DNA of 64,000 nucleotides, taken from positions 1 through 64,000 of IMG/VR virus record IMGVR_UViG_3300043395_001987; one strand, 5' to 3'. This document shows positions 1 to 9,555 of the stretch, one piece after another. Below the pieces are notes generated by a model. The model saw nothing but the letters and a program-made list of their open reading frames with translations, had not been told where the DNA came from and did not search any database. The position numbers and the translations under genes were made by a program. Positions within the stretch are counted from its first letter, which is position 1. The number at the start of each line of letters is the position of its first letter. Source of the DNA: an uncultured virus (IMG/VR IMGVR_UViG_3300043395_001987) (Duplodnaviria; Heunggongvirae; Uroviricota; Caudoviricetes).

Positions 1-1
1 G

Positions 2-376
2 AATTACACCATTAATAGCAAGTACGGAGGCACCACCTCCGCCACCGCCCTGACCTGATGTTCCTACACCACCAGAGGCACCACCAAGCCCCCCTCTGAA
101 ATAGTATCCACCCATATTAGGGCCTTCACCATAATTATTATTCTGAGTGTTAGATCCACCTCCACCACCTCCGCCACCTGAACCTACTCCAGCAGTTACA
201 ATATCACCAGGTGCCATTGCTAATGTAAAACTGATAGATGTTCCACCTCCAGCTTCACCGCGATAACTCGTATCTGGTCCTCCGTAACCTCCACCTCCGC
301 CTCTCATAAAGACAGTTATATTAGAAGGAGTTGCTGCACCACCACCATAACCTAATAATGTATTATAAATTGACAT
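2..376 (-). CDS. Glycine-rich adhesin-like protein (partial, runs off the window start)
   Basis: Hand-translated from ATG at 376: MSIYNTLLGYGGGAATPSNITVFMRGGGGGYGG...GSGGGGGGGG...GQGGGGGGASVLAINGVI, open to the edge. Resembles the glycine-rich protein at 22544-23386. Confidence 0.75.
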   Translation of the reverse strand, partial: MSIYNTLLGYGGGAATPSNITVFMRGGGGGYGGPDTSYRGEAGGGTSISFTLAMAPGDIVTAGVGSGGGGGGGGSNTQNNNYGEGPNMGGYYFRGGLGGASGGVGTSGQGGGGGGASVLAINGVI

Positions 377-377
377 A

Positions 378-1085
378 TTAAGTTAAACCTGCACCGGTTA
401 TTATTGCAGCTGAGGCACTAGTATAAAATACCGTACATAAACCTTTTATTCCCAAGGTTCTATTACCAGTTGTAGCTGCAGATTGGCCTGCCCAATGCAT
501 GGTCAATCCAGTACCTTGTGTAATAGTAAGAGCAGCAGTTGTACTGCTATTATGAATTGTTATATTTTCACCTGCAGTAAAAGTACCTGATGGAATTGTT
601 ACCGTTCCACCGGATAAAGAAACTGTTTTACCACTATCTAAATCTATTAAAGTATATCCAGAGGATGATGTATTAATTGGCACTTGTCTTAAATTACCAA
701 TTCTATCAGAGACAGTATTTGCAGCTGTAAGATTGCCTCTTCTATCTAATATTAAATAATCTCTTGATGCGCCACTATTATCTCTCATCCTCCATCTAAA
801 AGATCTATTAGCTGCAAATGTTGCATCACTTGAATAATATATTCCCGTATCATCAAGACCAGTTGTAAGTGTATAAAATGAAGTAGATTCGTCTGTTCTT
901 AATGCAATACTACCTGCAGGACTCAACACCCTGAATCCACCATCGGAACCATTTGCCCATAAATTTGCACTATGAATATGTGCACCTGTAAATGTAAATG
1001 ATCCAGTAGTATTGACTGCTTCCGAAAGAGAAGCATTAAGATCAGCTGCTGTTAATACATCACCCTGTAAATATGTTTTTCCCAT
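378..1085 (-). CDS. Short tail fibre / adhesin-carrier protein
   Basis: N-terminal GDVLTAADLN motif. C-terminal domain (YTL..D.GK..TIP...ITIHN...GNRTL..GL.TV) is shared with the 23386-25044 protein. Confidence 0.6.
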   Translation of the reverse strand: MGKTYLQGDVLTAADLNASLSEAVNTTGSFTFTGAHIHSANLWANGSDGGFRVLSPAGSIALRTDESTSFYTLTTGLDDTGIYYSSDATFAANRSFRWRMRDNSGASRDYLILDRRGNLTAANTVSDRIGNLRQVPINTSSSGYTLIDLDSGKTVSLSGGTVTIPSGTFTAGENITIHNSSTTAALTITQGTGLTMHWAGQSAATTGNRTLGIKGLCTVFYTSASAAIITGAGLT

Positions 1086-1088
1086 CTC

Positions 1089-1448
1089 TTATCCCATTAT
1101 TAAACCGTTTTCAGGAGGAATATCTGGTCCTCCTAACACTGCAGTTCCTAATCTACCAGCATTTGATGGTGATTCTAGGGGTGCAAATGATGTAGTACTA
1201 CCTGCTGTAATTACCGCACGACATCCACAAATACTTCCATCAACTGCTGTAATTTTACCCTCACATTTGAAATTACCCGAACCATTTGTAATAGGCGTTA
1301 CACCATGACCTGGTATTGGGCAAACATGTAAATCACCAACACGTGCTGTCAGGATCCCTTCAGTTCTAGCTGTTGAGGCGCTTGTTATTATAACACCACC
1401 ATGACTACTAGAGTCACCTAATCGTGCTATAAGTGATACACTTCCCAT
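1089..1448 (-). CDS. PAAR spike-tip protein (T4 gp5.4-like) with a short C-terminal extension
   Basis: IARLGD..SHGG, TARVGD..VCP..GHG, TAVDGS.CGC: PAAR-type repeats with His/Cys metal ligands. Confidence 0.9.
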   Translation of the reverse strand: MGSVSLIARLGDSSSHGGVIITSASTARTEGILTARVGDLHVCPIPGHGVTPITNGSGNFKCEGKITAVDGSICGCRAVITAGSTTSFAPLESPSNAGRLGTAVLGGPDIPPENGLIMG

Positions 1449-2999
1449 TTATGCTCCGCCTATAAATTCTAAGGAAGAAAAAGCCCAGTTATCATTTTGT
1501 TTATAACTACCAACCCACTGATTCATAGTATATCTAAAGTATATAGGTGTGTTTTTAATACTATCAGGAAACCCTGTATATTCTATTTTTGTCCAAACAT
1601 TAGTAGGTATACTATCTGCTGAGCCTGTTGCAATAGTTATCCAATTAGTATTATCAGTAGAATACTGAAGATAGAAATCTTCACCACTATCAGGAGGATC
1701 TCCCCATTCACCACCACCTTTATTTAAATAAAATGAAACACCTTTATAGTATCTTAGAGTATAACTATTTGTAGATGTAAAGATTCTATTGATACTTGTA
1801 CTTGTTGATATATCAGTTGCAGTATGACCAAATAATCCAATCTTAACATCTGTTCTGTTTCCCAAAGGATTCATTTTTCTATTAGGACTAGCCACACCAC
1901 CTATATTAGCAGAATTGATATTTGAAGGCAATAAAACCTGACTTTGTATACTGTCACCAACCGTATAAGAGGCAGGATCATTAAAATTGATAGGACATTG
2001 TGGATTTACCGTGACACCTTCCAAAGATGATACTGCCCAGTTATCACCATCATTGTTAATATTATTTGTTGCATCGTAAGGATTGGTTTGTAATGCTAAT
2101 AACCTTAACCAAACAGAAGATGATTTGATAGAATCAGGTATTTTAAATGTTATTGGATTCCATCCTGTTGTTCCAGTTGGAAATGGAGTTGTTTCTTGTA
2201 AATTTATCCATGTACTATTATTTGTAGAGTATTGTAAAAATATTGATTCATTGGCAGTTGTTGATCCATAATAACCAGGAGTGGTTGACCATAATACTGA
2301 GGAATCAGGATTTAATATTTGTAAAGCTACTCCAGATGGAGCATACGTATCAGTCAAATTAATTCTTAATATATTATAACCAGCAGTAACTGATACAGAG
2401 TAGTTTGTACTTGATGTATAATTCAATGAATTTGATACAACCTGTATCCCGTTAATATAAATTACTGCTGAATTGTCAGAGGATACTGTAAAAGTGTATG
2501 TACCAGTTGTAGGAAAATAAATGATTGCAAATAAATTAGCGTTTAAATTGGGGTTAATTGGATCTAAAGTTTCTGGAAATACTCCATATGTAGTAAAAAA
2601 GGTTGAGGGTGTAAATGGTGAATCGTAAGCCTTAAAATTAATATAATATTTCCAGCTCTTTTGATTTATTGAATACCAATTATATGATGTAGATAAATCA
2701 GGTTGATGGTTACCCCAATCTGCAGGACCATTACCATTTGGTTGGCTAACAAAATATTTTAAATAATCATATCTGGCAAGACTTACAGCGTTTTTAGTTC
2801 GAACAAATCTATATCCATTCTCGCCATATGAATTTACTTTGCTACCAAAAGTACAAATTAAATTAGTAGGATCCCCCAAAAGGTTACTCATATTGGAGTA
2901 ATTAAAATGGGGAGATCCTACTTGACTTGGTAGAAAAATATTTGCTGCTGCCCCTAGCGTGTAGGTTGAAGCATCAGCAAGATTTATTATTTTTGGCAT
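1449..2999 (-). CDS. Virion carbohydrate-binding protein with two reelin-like repeats and an inserted PA14-like domain
   Basis: Two copies of E(S/D).(F/Y)LQYST.N..W...DNWA.SSL. FPTTGTYTFTVSSDNSAVIYING (PA14-like) lies inside the first copy. Confidence 0.55.
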   Translation of the reverse strand: MPKIINLADASTYTLGAAANIFLPSQVGSPHFNYSNMSNLLGDPTNLICTFGSKVNSYGENGYRFVRTKNAVSLARYDYLKYFVSQPNGNGPADWGNHQPDLSTSYNWYSINQKSWKYYINFKAYDSPFTPSTFFTTYGVFPETLDPINPNLNANLFAIIYFPTTGTYTFTVSSDNSAVIYINGIQVVSNSLNYTSSTNYSVSVTAGYNILRINLTDTYAPSGVALQILNPDSSVLWSTTPGYYGSTTANESIFLQYSTNNSTWINLQETTPFPTGTTGWNPITFKIPDSIKSSSVWLRLLALQTNPYDATNNINNDGDNWAVSSLEGVTVNPQCPINFNDPASYTVGDSIQSQVLLPSNINSANIGGVASPNRKMNPLGNRTDVKIGLFGHTATDISTSTSINRIFTSTNSYTLRYYKGVSFYLNKGGGEWGDPPDSGEDFYLQYSTDNTNWITIATGSADSIPTNVWTKIEYTGFPDSIKNTPIYFRYTMNQWVGSYKQNDNWAFSSLEFIGGA

Positions 3000-3005
3000 T
3001 GCCTA

Positions 3006-3626
3006 TTAGGCACCTAAAAGACTCTTGAACTCTTCAGTGTGTTTTTTGCGATCTTCAAGACCAATTGTTCCGCCGTTGATCTTTTTTGTAACAGCAGTAA
3101 CATCGTCTTTATCAGCTAATGCATTAAGACCATTTTTATGCCAGAACCAAGCAGCTGATTCACAAGCACCCTCTGGAGTCTCAAGATAAAGAGCACATTC
3201 TTCAACAGTAATACCCATATCAGAAGCCATTGCTGAGTAGTTATTCTTACCAGTAAGCTGAATCAACCCGCGACCACGATAACGGAAACCATCACCTGAT
3301 GCAGTATCGCCATTACCCATACGTGATGCATAAACTACGTTAGCAATCTTTTCTGGTTGACGAGCATATTCAGCAGCATTACGTCCAGCATTTTTAAAAT
3401 ATTTTGGAAATACCTTATCAAGACTCTCAGCTGAGTAGTTAAGATTTTCTACAATAGCTCTAAAACCACCAGACTCGTGTGCAGTCTGAGCAAGGAAATG
3501 AGCAAGGCGAAGCGGAGTATTGATTTCATATTTTTCAGCGAAATTATCTAGACTGCCTGCAAGTGCTTTAACAACTTCTGGCTTTGAACTAGGATAACCG
3601 TGTTTAATTTGTTCTTCTGTAAGCAT
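3006..3626 (-). CDS. Glycoside hydrolase family 19 endolysin/lysozyme
   Basis: AHFLAQTAHESGGF, ENLNYS, YRGRGLIQLTGKNNY, INGG..GL.DR motifs. GAGG RBS upstream. Confidence 0.92.
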   Translation of the reverse strand: MLTEEQIKHGYPSSKPEVVKALAGSLDNFAEKYEINTPLRLAHFLAQTAHESGGFRAIVENLNYSAESLDKVFPKYFKNAGRNAAEYARQPEKIANVVYASRMGNGDTASGDGFRYRGRGLIQLTGKNNYSAMASDMGITVEECALYLETPEGACESAAWFWHKNGLNALADKDDVTAVTKKINGGTIGLEDRKKHTEEFKSLLGA

Positions 3627-3636
3627 GATCTACCTC

Positions 3637-5112
3637 TTATGTTATAGTATTATTATACATTATAAAAGCAAGTTTAACTGTTGGAGGTGTATATGAATAA
3701 GTTTGACCTGCTCTTATATTAACTACATTTGCTGCATCTGTAGTATTTAATTTAAATTCTGATACATCCGTCATTGTGTGAATATGATCAAGTGTATCCT
3801 CATATGTATGACTACCAATATCAACAGCAGTCCCTACACCCACTTCCTGACCTGTCAAAGGTCCAAGATGTGAATGATTGCCATTAGCTGCCATATCTAC
3901 TGAATAAATTGTAAATGTATTTGATGAATTTAAAACAACATCGTGATATGTATTTGATGAATCGAAATTAGCATATATGTAATATCCACGAAGATCAGGT
4001 GTTTCATTTTCACCATTACAGAAATGCCAATTTACTGGTAACCCAGTTGAATTTGAACTAATACCTTCATATAATGTGTTTTTACCAATTGAATAACCTA
4101 TAATTACACCATTTGCAATTGGTGTATTAGCATCAGTTGTAATCCAAGCTTTTAAAATCTTAGATTTCAAACTAACATTTGCAGTATAGGTTACTTGATG
4201 TGAATGTGCACCCGCTTCTAATATTTGATAAGCTGTTTGATTATTCTTATCTGATTTATATGTTTTAGCTACAGGAAATATGTTATGATTATGATTTAAA
4301 ACAGTATTTGATGGTATAGTAAATGATATTGTATTAGAAAGTTGAATTACTCCATCATTTCCGTCTTTTGCTATTAGAGGCAATATTTGACCATTTGCTG
4401 AATTTATATGATCTGCGTCATCTTGAGAATAATAAGGGCTTGGAAGATTATTGCCAAATACAATTACACCTTTAGGAAAAAATGATAATTTTGTATCATT
4501 ATAACCAGTAAAAGTTGTTGTGAGTCTAGGATCCCTTAAGATAGGATCAACTGCAATTGCCTTGATACCTTTTATATTTCCATCATCATCTGGTTGTGCA
4601 AAAGGAATACCCCTTAACCCATCAGCAATACCTGTCACAACATGTCTATGTGTATCAGTACCTTTTTGTTCATAATAAAATGCCGTAGAAGAAGCAGTAT
4701 CACCTAGCTTATAACCTAAAGCATTGTAGATAGTTGTTCTTCCTAGTGTTGTTGGATTATGAGAGACAGGTTCATACAATGTACCTGCGGTATTTGGCAT
4801 GTCTGTTGTTGCTTCTATACATACACCATTATTATTTGCCCAATCATTGCTTGTATCTATACAAGAAATTACTGGATTGCTTTGTAATCCAGATAATGAA
4901 CCATCGGGTTTATAATATTGAGCAACAGGATAATAAATTTCTGAATATTGTCTATAGTATTCATAATTTAAAGTGCCTGAAAGTGTGTTGGCAAAATCTT
5001 CGTCTTTACCATACCAAAATAATACTGAATACAATGGAATGTAAGGATCTTTACCCTTTGGAGCATTAGCTGTTCCGTCAGTTCTAATCAATCCTACTTT
5101 AGATAAAGGCAT
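3637..5112 (-). CDS. Tail fibre/collar-type protein with HxH motifs
   Basis: LP.NWHFCNG...TPDLRG collar-like motif. Several HxH motifs (HRH, HNH, HSH, HIH) typical of metal-binding fibre tips. Confidence 0.6.
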   Translation of the reverse strand: MPLSKVGLIRTDGTANAPKGKDPYIPLYSVLFWYGKDEDFANTLSGTLNYEYYRQYSEIYYPVAQYYKPDGSLSGLQSNPVISCIDTSNDWANNNGVCIEATTDMPNTAGTLYEPVSHNPTTLGRTTIYNALGYKLGDTASSTAFYYEQKGTDTHRHVVTGIADGLRGIPFAQPDDDGNIKGIKAIAVDPILRDPRLTTTFTGYNDTKLSFFPKGVIVFGNNLPSPYYSQDDADHINSANGQILPLIAKDGNDGVIQLSNTISFTIPSNTVLNHNHNIFPVAKTYKSDKNNQTAYQILEAGAHSHQVTYTANVSLKSKILKAWITTDANTPIANGVIIGYSIGKNTLYEGISSNSTGLPVNWHFCNGENETPDLRGYYIYANFDSSNTYHDVVLNSSNTFTIYSVDMAANGNHSHLGPLTGQEVGVGTAVDIGSHTYEDTLDHIHTMTDVSEFKLNTTDAANVVNIRAGQTYSYTPPTVKLAFIMYNNTIT

Positions 5113-5124
5113 TTAAATTCCTAA

Positions 5125-6156
5125 TTATGTAGTTGGGAAACCTTTGGCTGACATCAAACCAAACCAAGTAACACCACCATCAAATGTCATAAAGGTAACA
5201 AAATCTGTATAATTAGGTTGTGTTGATAGGGTAGGACCATCAGGTGCGTATATACCTTCACCCGCTGGCCAGTAGATTGTTTGGTTAGACCAATCTACCG
5301 TTCTTCCGCCTGTCGAATCTTGTTTAAGAGCTATGGTCATACTAAATGATTTGCCTGCAACAAGACCAGATGTACCTAAAGTTATTGCAACAATATCCTG
5401 ATTTAAAGTAAGAGTTGCAAGATTACCATCAGCAGGATCAACTATAATTGTTGTACCTGAATTACCTTTAGCGTTAATCACTTCACTATAATTTTGAAAT
5501 GAAGGGGCATAGATAGTATTACCACTAAAATTCATTCCAGTTGAAACAGAATTTGTAATATAAGCTCCGGAGTCAAATGTGATGCCCGTTGCATTAGCAT
5601 TTACTCTGAGGAAGAAATTGCCTTTACCAGAATAAGTTTGTGGAACATCTGTTAAGTTGATAAAGGCAAGAGTACCAGTGGCACCAGTTGAACCTCTGTA
5701 ACCTACATCACCCTGTGATCCTTTATAACCAACAGAACCCTGGAATCCTTCTGATCCCTGATAACCCTCAGAACCTTTATATCCTTCTGATCCTTGATAT
5801 CCAGCAGAGCCCTGATAACCCAAATTACCTGCAGAACCTGTATAGCCAACAGATCCCATATAGCCCGTATCACCTAATGAACCCTGATATCCTGAAACGC
5901 CTACAGGCCCATCTGGTCCAGTTGAGCCTGTAAATCCTGTTGTTCCTTGTGATCCAGTAAATCCAGCAGACCCTCTATAACCAGCAGAACCAGTATAACC
6001 TGTTAATTCAGATAATGGCTTTCCTAAGATAGCCATAACTGCATTATTAGACCAATACGGACCCTGTGATCCAATTACAATAAGAGATCCTACATCGGCC
6101 TGACCGCCGGTAGAATTAGCTGTATCTATCTGGGAAACATAAATTTTGGTAGCCAT
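5125..6156 (-). CDS. Collagen-like short fibre/adaptor protein
   Basis: G-[YF]-x-G-S-x repeats. C-terminal domain (QD.TGGRTV.W...W...P.LS...D...F.T.DGG.TW.G) is shared with 16574-17122. Confidence 0.7.
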   Translation of the reverse strand: MATKIYVSQIDTANSTGGQADVGSLIVIGSQGPYWSNNAVMAILGKPLSELTGYTGSAGYRGSAGFTGSQGTTGFTGSTGPDGPVGVSGYQGSLGDTGYMGSVGYTGSAGNLGYQGSAGYQGSEGYKGSEGYQGSEGFQGSVGYKGSQGDVGYRGSTGATGTLAFINLTDVPQTYSGKGNFFLRVNANATGITFDSGAYITNSVSTGMNFSGNTIYAPSFQNYSEVINAKGNSGTTIIVDPADGNLATLTLNQDIVAITLGTSGLVAGKSFSMTIALKQDSTGGRTVDWSNQTIYWPAGEGIYAPDGPTLSTQPNYTDFVTFMTFDGGVTWFGLMSAKGFPTT

Positions 6157-6191
6157 ATTAAATCCTGGTTGACTAAATTATTATATGATAC

Positions 6192-6199
6192 TATTTATA
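6192..6199 (-). promoter_or_regulatory. T4-type late promoter TATAAATA
   Basis: Exact consensus on the minus strand, about 35 bp upstream of the 6156 start. Confidence 0.75.
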
Positions 6200-6221
6200 C
6201 TGCCAAATATAACAATTTAGG

Positions 6222-6250
6222 TTGCATAGATAATACATATATTTTATAAT
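6222..6250 (+). promoter_or_regulatory. Sigma70-type promoter for the heptose cassette
   Basis: TTGCAT-17 bp-TATAAT, followed by GAGGT RBS and ATG at 6272. Confidence 0.75.
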
Positions 6251-6271
6251 GGTTAAATTGAGGTAATTTAT

Positions 6272-7426
6272 ATGATTTGTGTCATTGGTGATTTTATATC
6301 TGATATTTATGTGTATGGTGAAATAAACAGGATTTCACCCGAATCTCCCATACCAATCTTCAAAAAAATGAATGAAGAGATCAGGCAAGGTGGCGCTGGC
6401 AATGTTGTTGCCAATTTAAAAGCTCTCGGAATAGACCCAAAAACATTTGGTTCTAACAATTCATCAAAATACAGATTTGTAGTTGATAAACACATTTTAT
6501 TTCGTATGGATGATGAAAATTATGTTGCTAATATTGATAAACCTAGTTATAATTTAAATGATGTCAATTACGTAATAATATCAGATTATAATAAAGGATA
6601 TCTGCATAATAGTCAAGAGATAATCAATTACTGTAAGAATAATAATTGTTTTGTTATAGTGGATCCTAAGAAATCAATTGATAATTATAAAAATGTAGAT
6701 ATTGTTAAACTCAATGAAAAAGAATTAAAAGAGTATTGTTCTTCATATAACAATATTGAAGATATTTTAATTGATAATAATATTGGATGTTTAATAGTTA
6801 CTAAAAGTGCTGATGGAGCTATTATTCACACCCTCAATAATACTATAGAAATTGAAGCAGAACAACACCAGGTATCTGATGTAACAGGTGCTGGTGATAT
6901 TTTTATTGCTGTGCTTACATATTTTTTAAATAAAGGAAATGATCTTGAAAGTGCTGTAAGAAAAGCAGTAAAACTTGCAAGTATATCAGTTACTAAATTT
7001 GGCACTTATACTTTACAGCCTGAAGATATTAAAAAAGCATATACTGTTTTTACTAATGGATGTTTTGATATTATTCACAAAGGTCATGTTGAATATCTCA
7101 AAAAATCAAAACAACTTGGTGATAAATTAATTGTTGGTTTAAATTCTGATTCTTCAGTTAAAAGATTAAAGGGTGAAGATAGGCCTGTTAATAATCAACA
7201 GGATAGAAAAGCTGTTTTAGAATCACTAGATTGTGTAGATGAAGTTATTATTTTTGATAACGATACACCCTATGAACTTATTAAGAGTATTCAACCCGAT
7301 ATTATTACAAAGGGTGGTGACTATACATCGAATACTGTTGTTGGTAATGATCTTGCTGATGTTGTTATTATTCCTTATGTAGAAGGTTATTCAACTAGTA
7401 AAATTTTGGAGAAATCAGTTGGTTAA
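6272..7426 (+). CDS. hldE: Bifunctional heptose-7-phosphate kinase / heptose-1-phosphate nucleotidyltransferase
   Basis: PfkB kinase motifs (RISPESP.P, GGAGNV..NL, SDYNKG, DVTGAGD) fused to FTNGCFDIIHKGH...GLNSD.SVKRLKG..RP...KGGDY...GYSTS. Confidence 0.93.
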   Translation: MICVIGDFISDIYVYGEINRISPESPIPIFKKMNEEIRQGGAGNVVANLKALGIDPKTFGSNNSSKYRFVVDKHILFRMDDENYVANIDKPSYNLNDVNYVIISDYNKGYLHNSQEIINYCKNNNCFVIVDPKKSIDNYKNVDIVKLNEKELKEYCSSYNNIEDILIDNNIGCLIVTKSADGAIIHTLNNTIEIEAEQHQVSDVTGAGDIFIAVLTYFLNKGNDLESAVRKAVKLASISVTKFGTYTLQPEDIKKAYTVFTNGCFDIIHKGHVEYLKKSKQLGDKLIVGLNSDSSVKRLKGEDRPVNNQQDRKAVLESLDCVDEVIIFDNDTPYELIKSIQPDIITKGGDYTSNTVVGNDLADVVIIPYVEGYSTSKILEKSVG

Positions 7427-7778
7427 AAGAATTGTTGAAAAGGGTTGGGGTAAAGAAATAATATTTGCCAATCATCCTGAATATTGCGGCAAACTCTTAA
7501 TATATGATAATGAAGGTTCAACAAGTTCCATGCATTTTCATAAAGATAAAAAAGAATCTTGGTATGTCTTACAGGGATCTTTTGAATATAAAACTATAGA
7601 TACATCAACAGGTAAAGTTCAATCAAGTATTATGTACCAAGGTGATACATGTACAAACTTTCCTTTATTGATTCATCAATTAATTGCATTAGAATCAAAC
7701 TCGATAATTATAGAAACCTCTACTTACGATAGTGGTGAAGATAATTATAGGGTTATTCCAGGAGATAGTCAAAAGTGA
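7419..7778 (+). CDS. Cupin-fold sugar isomerase-like protein
   Basis: VEKGWGKE..YCGK, S.HFH..K.E.W..., H, E.ST......YR..PGD cupin motifs. TTG start with GGAG RBS. Confidence 0.75.
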   Translation: MVKRIVEKGWGKEIIFANHPEYCGKLLIYDNEGSTSSMHFHKDKKESWYVLQGSFEYKTIDTSTGKVQSSIMYQGDTCTNFPLLIHQLIALESNSIIIETSTYDSGEDNYRVIPGDSQK

Positions 7779-8086
7779 AATACTTAGTAGATATAGACGG
7801 AACAATATGTTCTCTAACAGATGGTAAATATGAAGAAGCAATACCTTTTGTTGATAGAATAAAATATTTAAATGAAATGTATGATAAGGGTCATACAATT
7901 GTTTATTGGACCGCAAGAGGTGGCAATTCTGGTAAAGATTGGTCATTGTTAACCAAGCAACAGTTATTTGATTGGAATGTAAAATATAATGAATTGCTAT
8001 TTAATAAGCCAACATACGATATATGGATTGATGATAAAGCAATGAACGCAGAAAGATTCTTTGATGATATTGATAACTGGGTATAA
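7775..8086 (+). CDS. Small capless HAD-family phosphatase
   Basis: DIDGT (motif I), WTAR (II), KP...IDDKA (III/IV). Confidence 0.8.
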   Translation: MKYLVDIDGTICSLTDGKYEEAIPFVDRIKYLNEMYDKGHTIVYWTARGGNSGKDWSLLTKQQLFDWNVKYNELLFNKPTYDIWIDDKAMNAERFFDDIDNWV

Positions 8087-8840
8087 AGGGTTTATTGGCA
8101 GTAATCTTATAAAAAGATTTAAACCTGAAGATCTTATTTTGGTTGGATATGAAGATTGTTTTTCTTCTTTATTTTTAACTGATTGGTCTAAGGTAACCAA
8201 GATATATCATTTAGGTGGCATAAGTGATACTACATGTAGTGATTTAAATTTACTACATGAATACAATGTAAACTTTACTATGGAATTATTCAATCGTGCT
8301 AAAATACATAATATCCCTATCGTTTATGCTTCTTCAGCTTCTGTATATGGTAATAGCCTTACATATACTCCTAACCCATTGAACCATTATGCAATATCTA
8401 AAGCTAATGTTGATATATGGGTAGAATCTAATTATAAAGATTTTAAAAATATCATCGGTGTTAGATTTTTTAATGTTTATGGTGATGGTGAAGATCATAA
8501 AGGAAATCAAGCTTCACCAATTCATCAATTTACTTTGCAGGCTAAACAAAATAAAAACATAAAAGTTTTTGAAGGGTCTGATAATTTTATTAGAGATTTT
8601 ATTTGGGTTGAAGATGCTATTGATTGTATAATTGAAGATAAACATTCTGGCATATATGACGTAGGAACATCAAAACCCGTATCATTTAGATTCATAGCTG
8701 ATTTGATAGCAAAGAAATATAATTGTTCTGTAGAAGAAATAAAATTTCCGGAAAAATTAAGGCACAAGTATCAATTCTATACATGTGCCCGTAAACATTA
8801 TAATAAACAATTTATGGATGTTAGAGAATACTTAAAATAA
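8061..8840 (+). CDS. hldD: ADP-L-glycero-D-manno-heptose 6-epimerase-like SDR
   Basis: TG.KGFIG, YASSASVYG, P.N.YA.SK, RFFNVYG..E.HKG.QAS, RDFI.V.D, KYQ.YT.A. Confidence 0.88.
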   Translation: MMILITGYKGFIGSNLIKRFKPEDLILVGYEDCFSSLFLTDWSKVTKIYHLGGISDTTCSDLNLLHEYNVNFTMELFNRAKIHNIPIVYASSASVYGNSLTYTPNPLNHYAISKANVDIWVESNYKDFKNIIGVRFFNVYGDGEDHKGNQASPIHQFTLQAKQNKNIKVFEGSDNFIRDFIWVEDAIDCIIEDKHSGIYDVGTSKPVSFRFIADLIAKKYNCSVEEIKFPEKLRHKYQFYTCARKHYNKQFMDVREYLK

Positions 8841-8841
8841 A

Positions 8842-9552
8842 TTATCTTTCATCACCAATATTTTCTTCTTTTAAACTTACATTCTTTTTACGATTAACAA
8901 TTGTTGTACCTTCAAATTTATCATAAGCAAATAATCCGGCTTGTGATATATTAAATATATCTGCTCTAAGAACAACATCAAGGGATTCGCATATACCTCT
9001 TTGTATAGTATGAGCAACTAAGTTTTTTGCAATCTGCGGATCTATTGCATAGGCATGAGCTCTACAAATAAAATGGTAATTGTGATTTAAAGTACCGTGC
9101 GGAGGTATATTAATTATTGGCATGGTACCTTTTTGTTGTTCTAAGCTTCCTAGATAAACAATAGTGTTATATCCGGTATGATACAAATAAGGTTTTATCA
9201 TTACCGCGTCATGTTCTAAGATCACAATTGGCTTATCTAATTCAATACATCTTGTCCATAAAGAAAAATGACTTAGATAACAAGCTATCTCAGTGATAGA
9301 AAGATGGTGATCAAATACCTTCAGCCATTTTAAATGATTTGAATTTTTTGAATGTTCAGGTATCTTAATAGAGACATTATCAGTACCGTCAAAGGCATCC
9401 CAAACCTGATAAGGCATTCTTATATTTTCACATGAATGTTGACATCTCAGAGATAATTTCTCAGACTGCATGTGATCTTTAATAGTTATGATATAGGCAG
9501 ATTCTACTCCTATATCATAACTATATTGCAATGATTTTGATAAATCAATCAT
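8842..9552 (-). CDS. Glycosyltransferase family 25
   Basis: AYII, AFDG, EIACYLSH..LW..C, ILEHDA, AHAYAI motifs of GT25. Confidence 0.8.
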   Translation of the reverse strand: MIDLSKSLQYSYDIGVESAYIITIKDHMQSEKLSLRCQHSCENIRMPYQVWDAFDGTDNVSIKIPEHSKNSNHLKWLKVFDHHLSITEIACYLSHFSLWTRCIELDKPIVILEHDAVMIKPYLYHTGYNTIVYLGSLEQQKGTMPIINIPPHGTLNHNYHFICRAHAYAIDPQIAKNLVAHTIQRGICESLDVVLRADIFNISQAGLFAYDKFEGTTIVNRKKNVSLKEENIGDER

Positions 9553-9555
9553 TTA

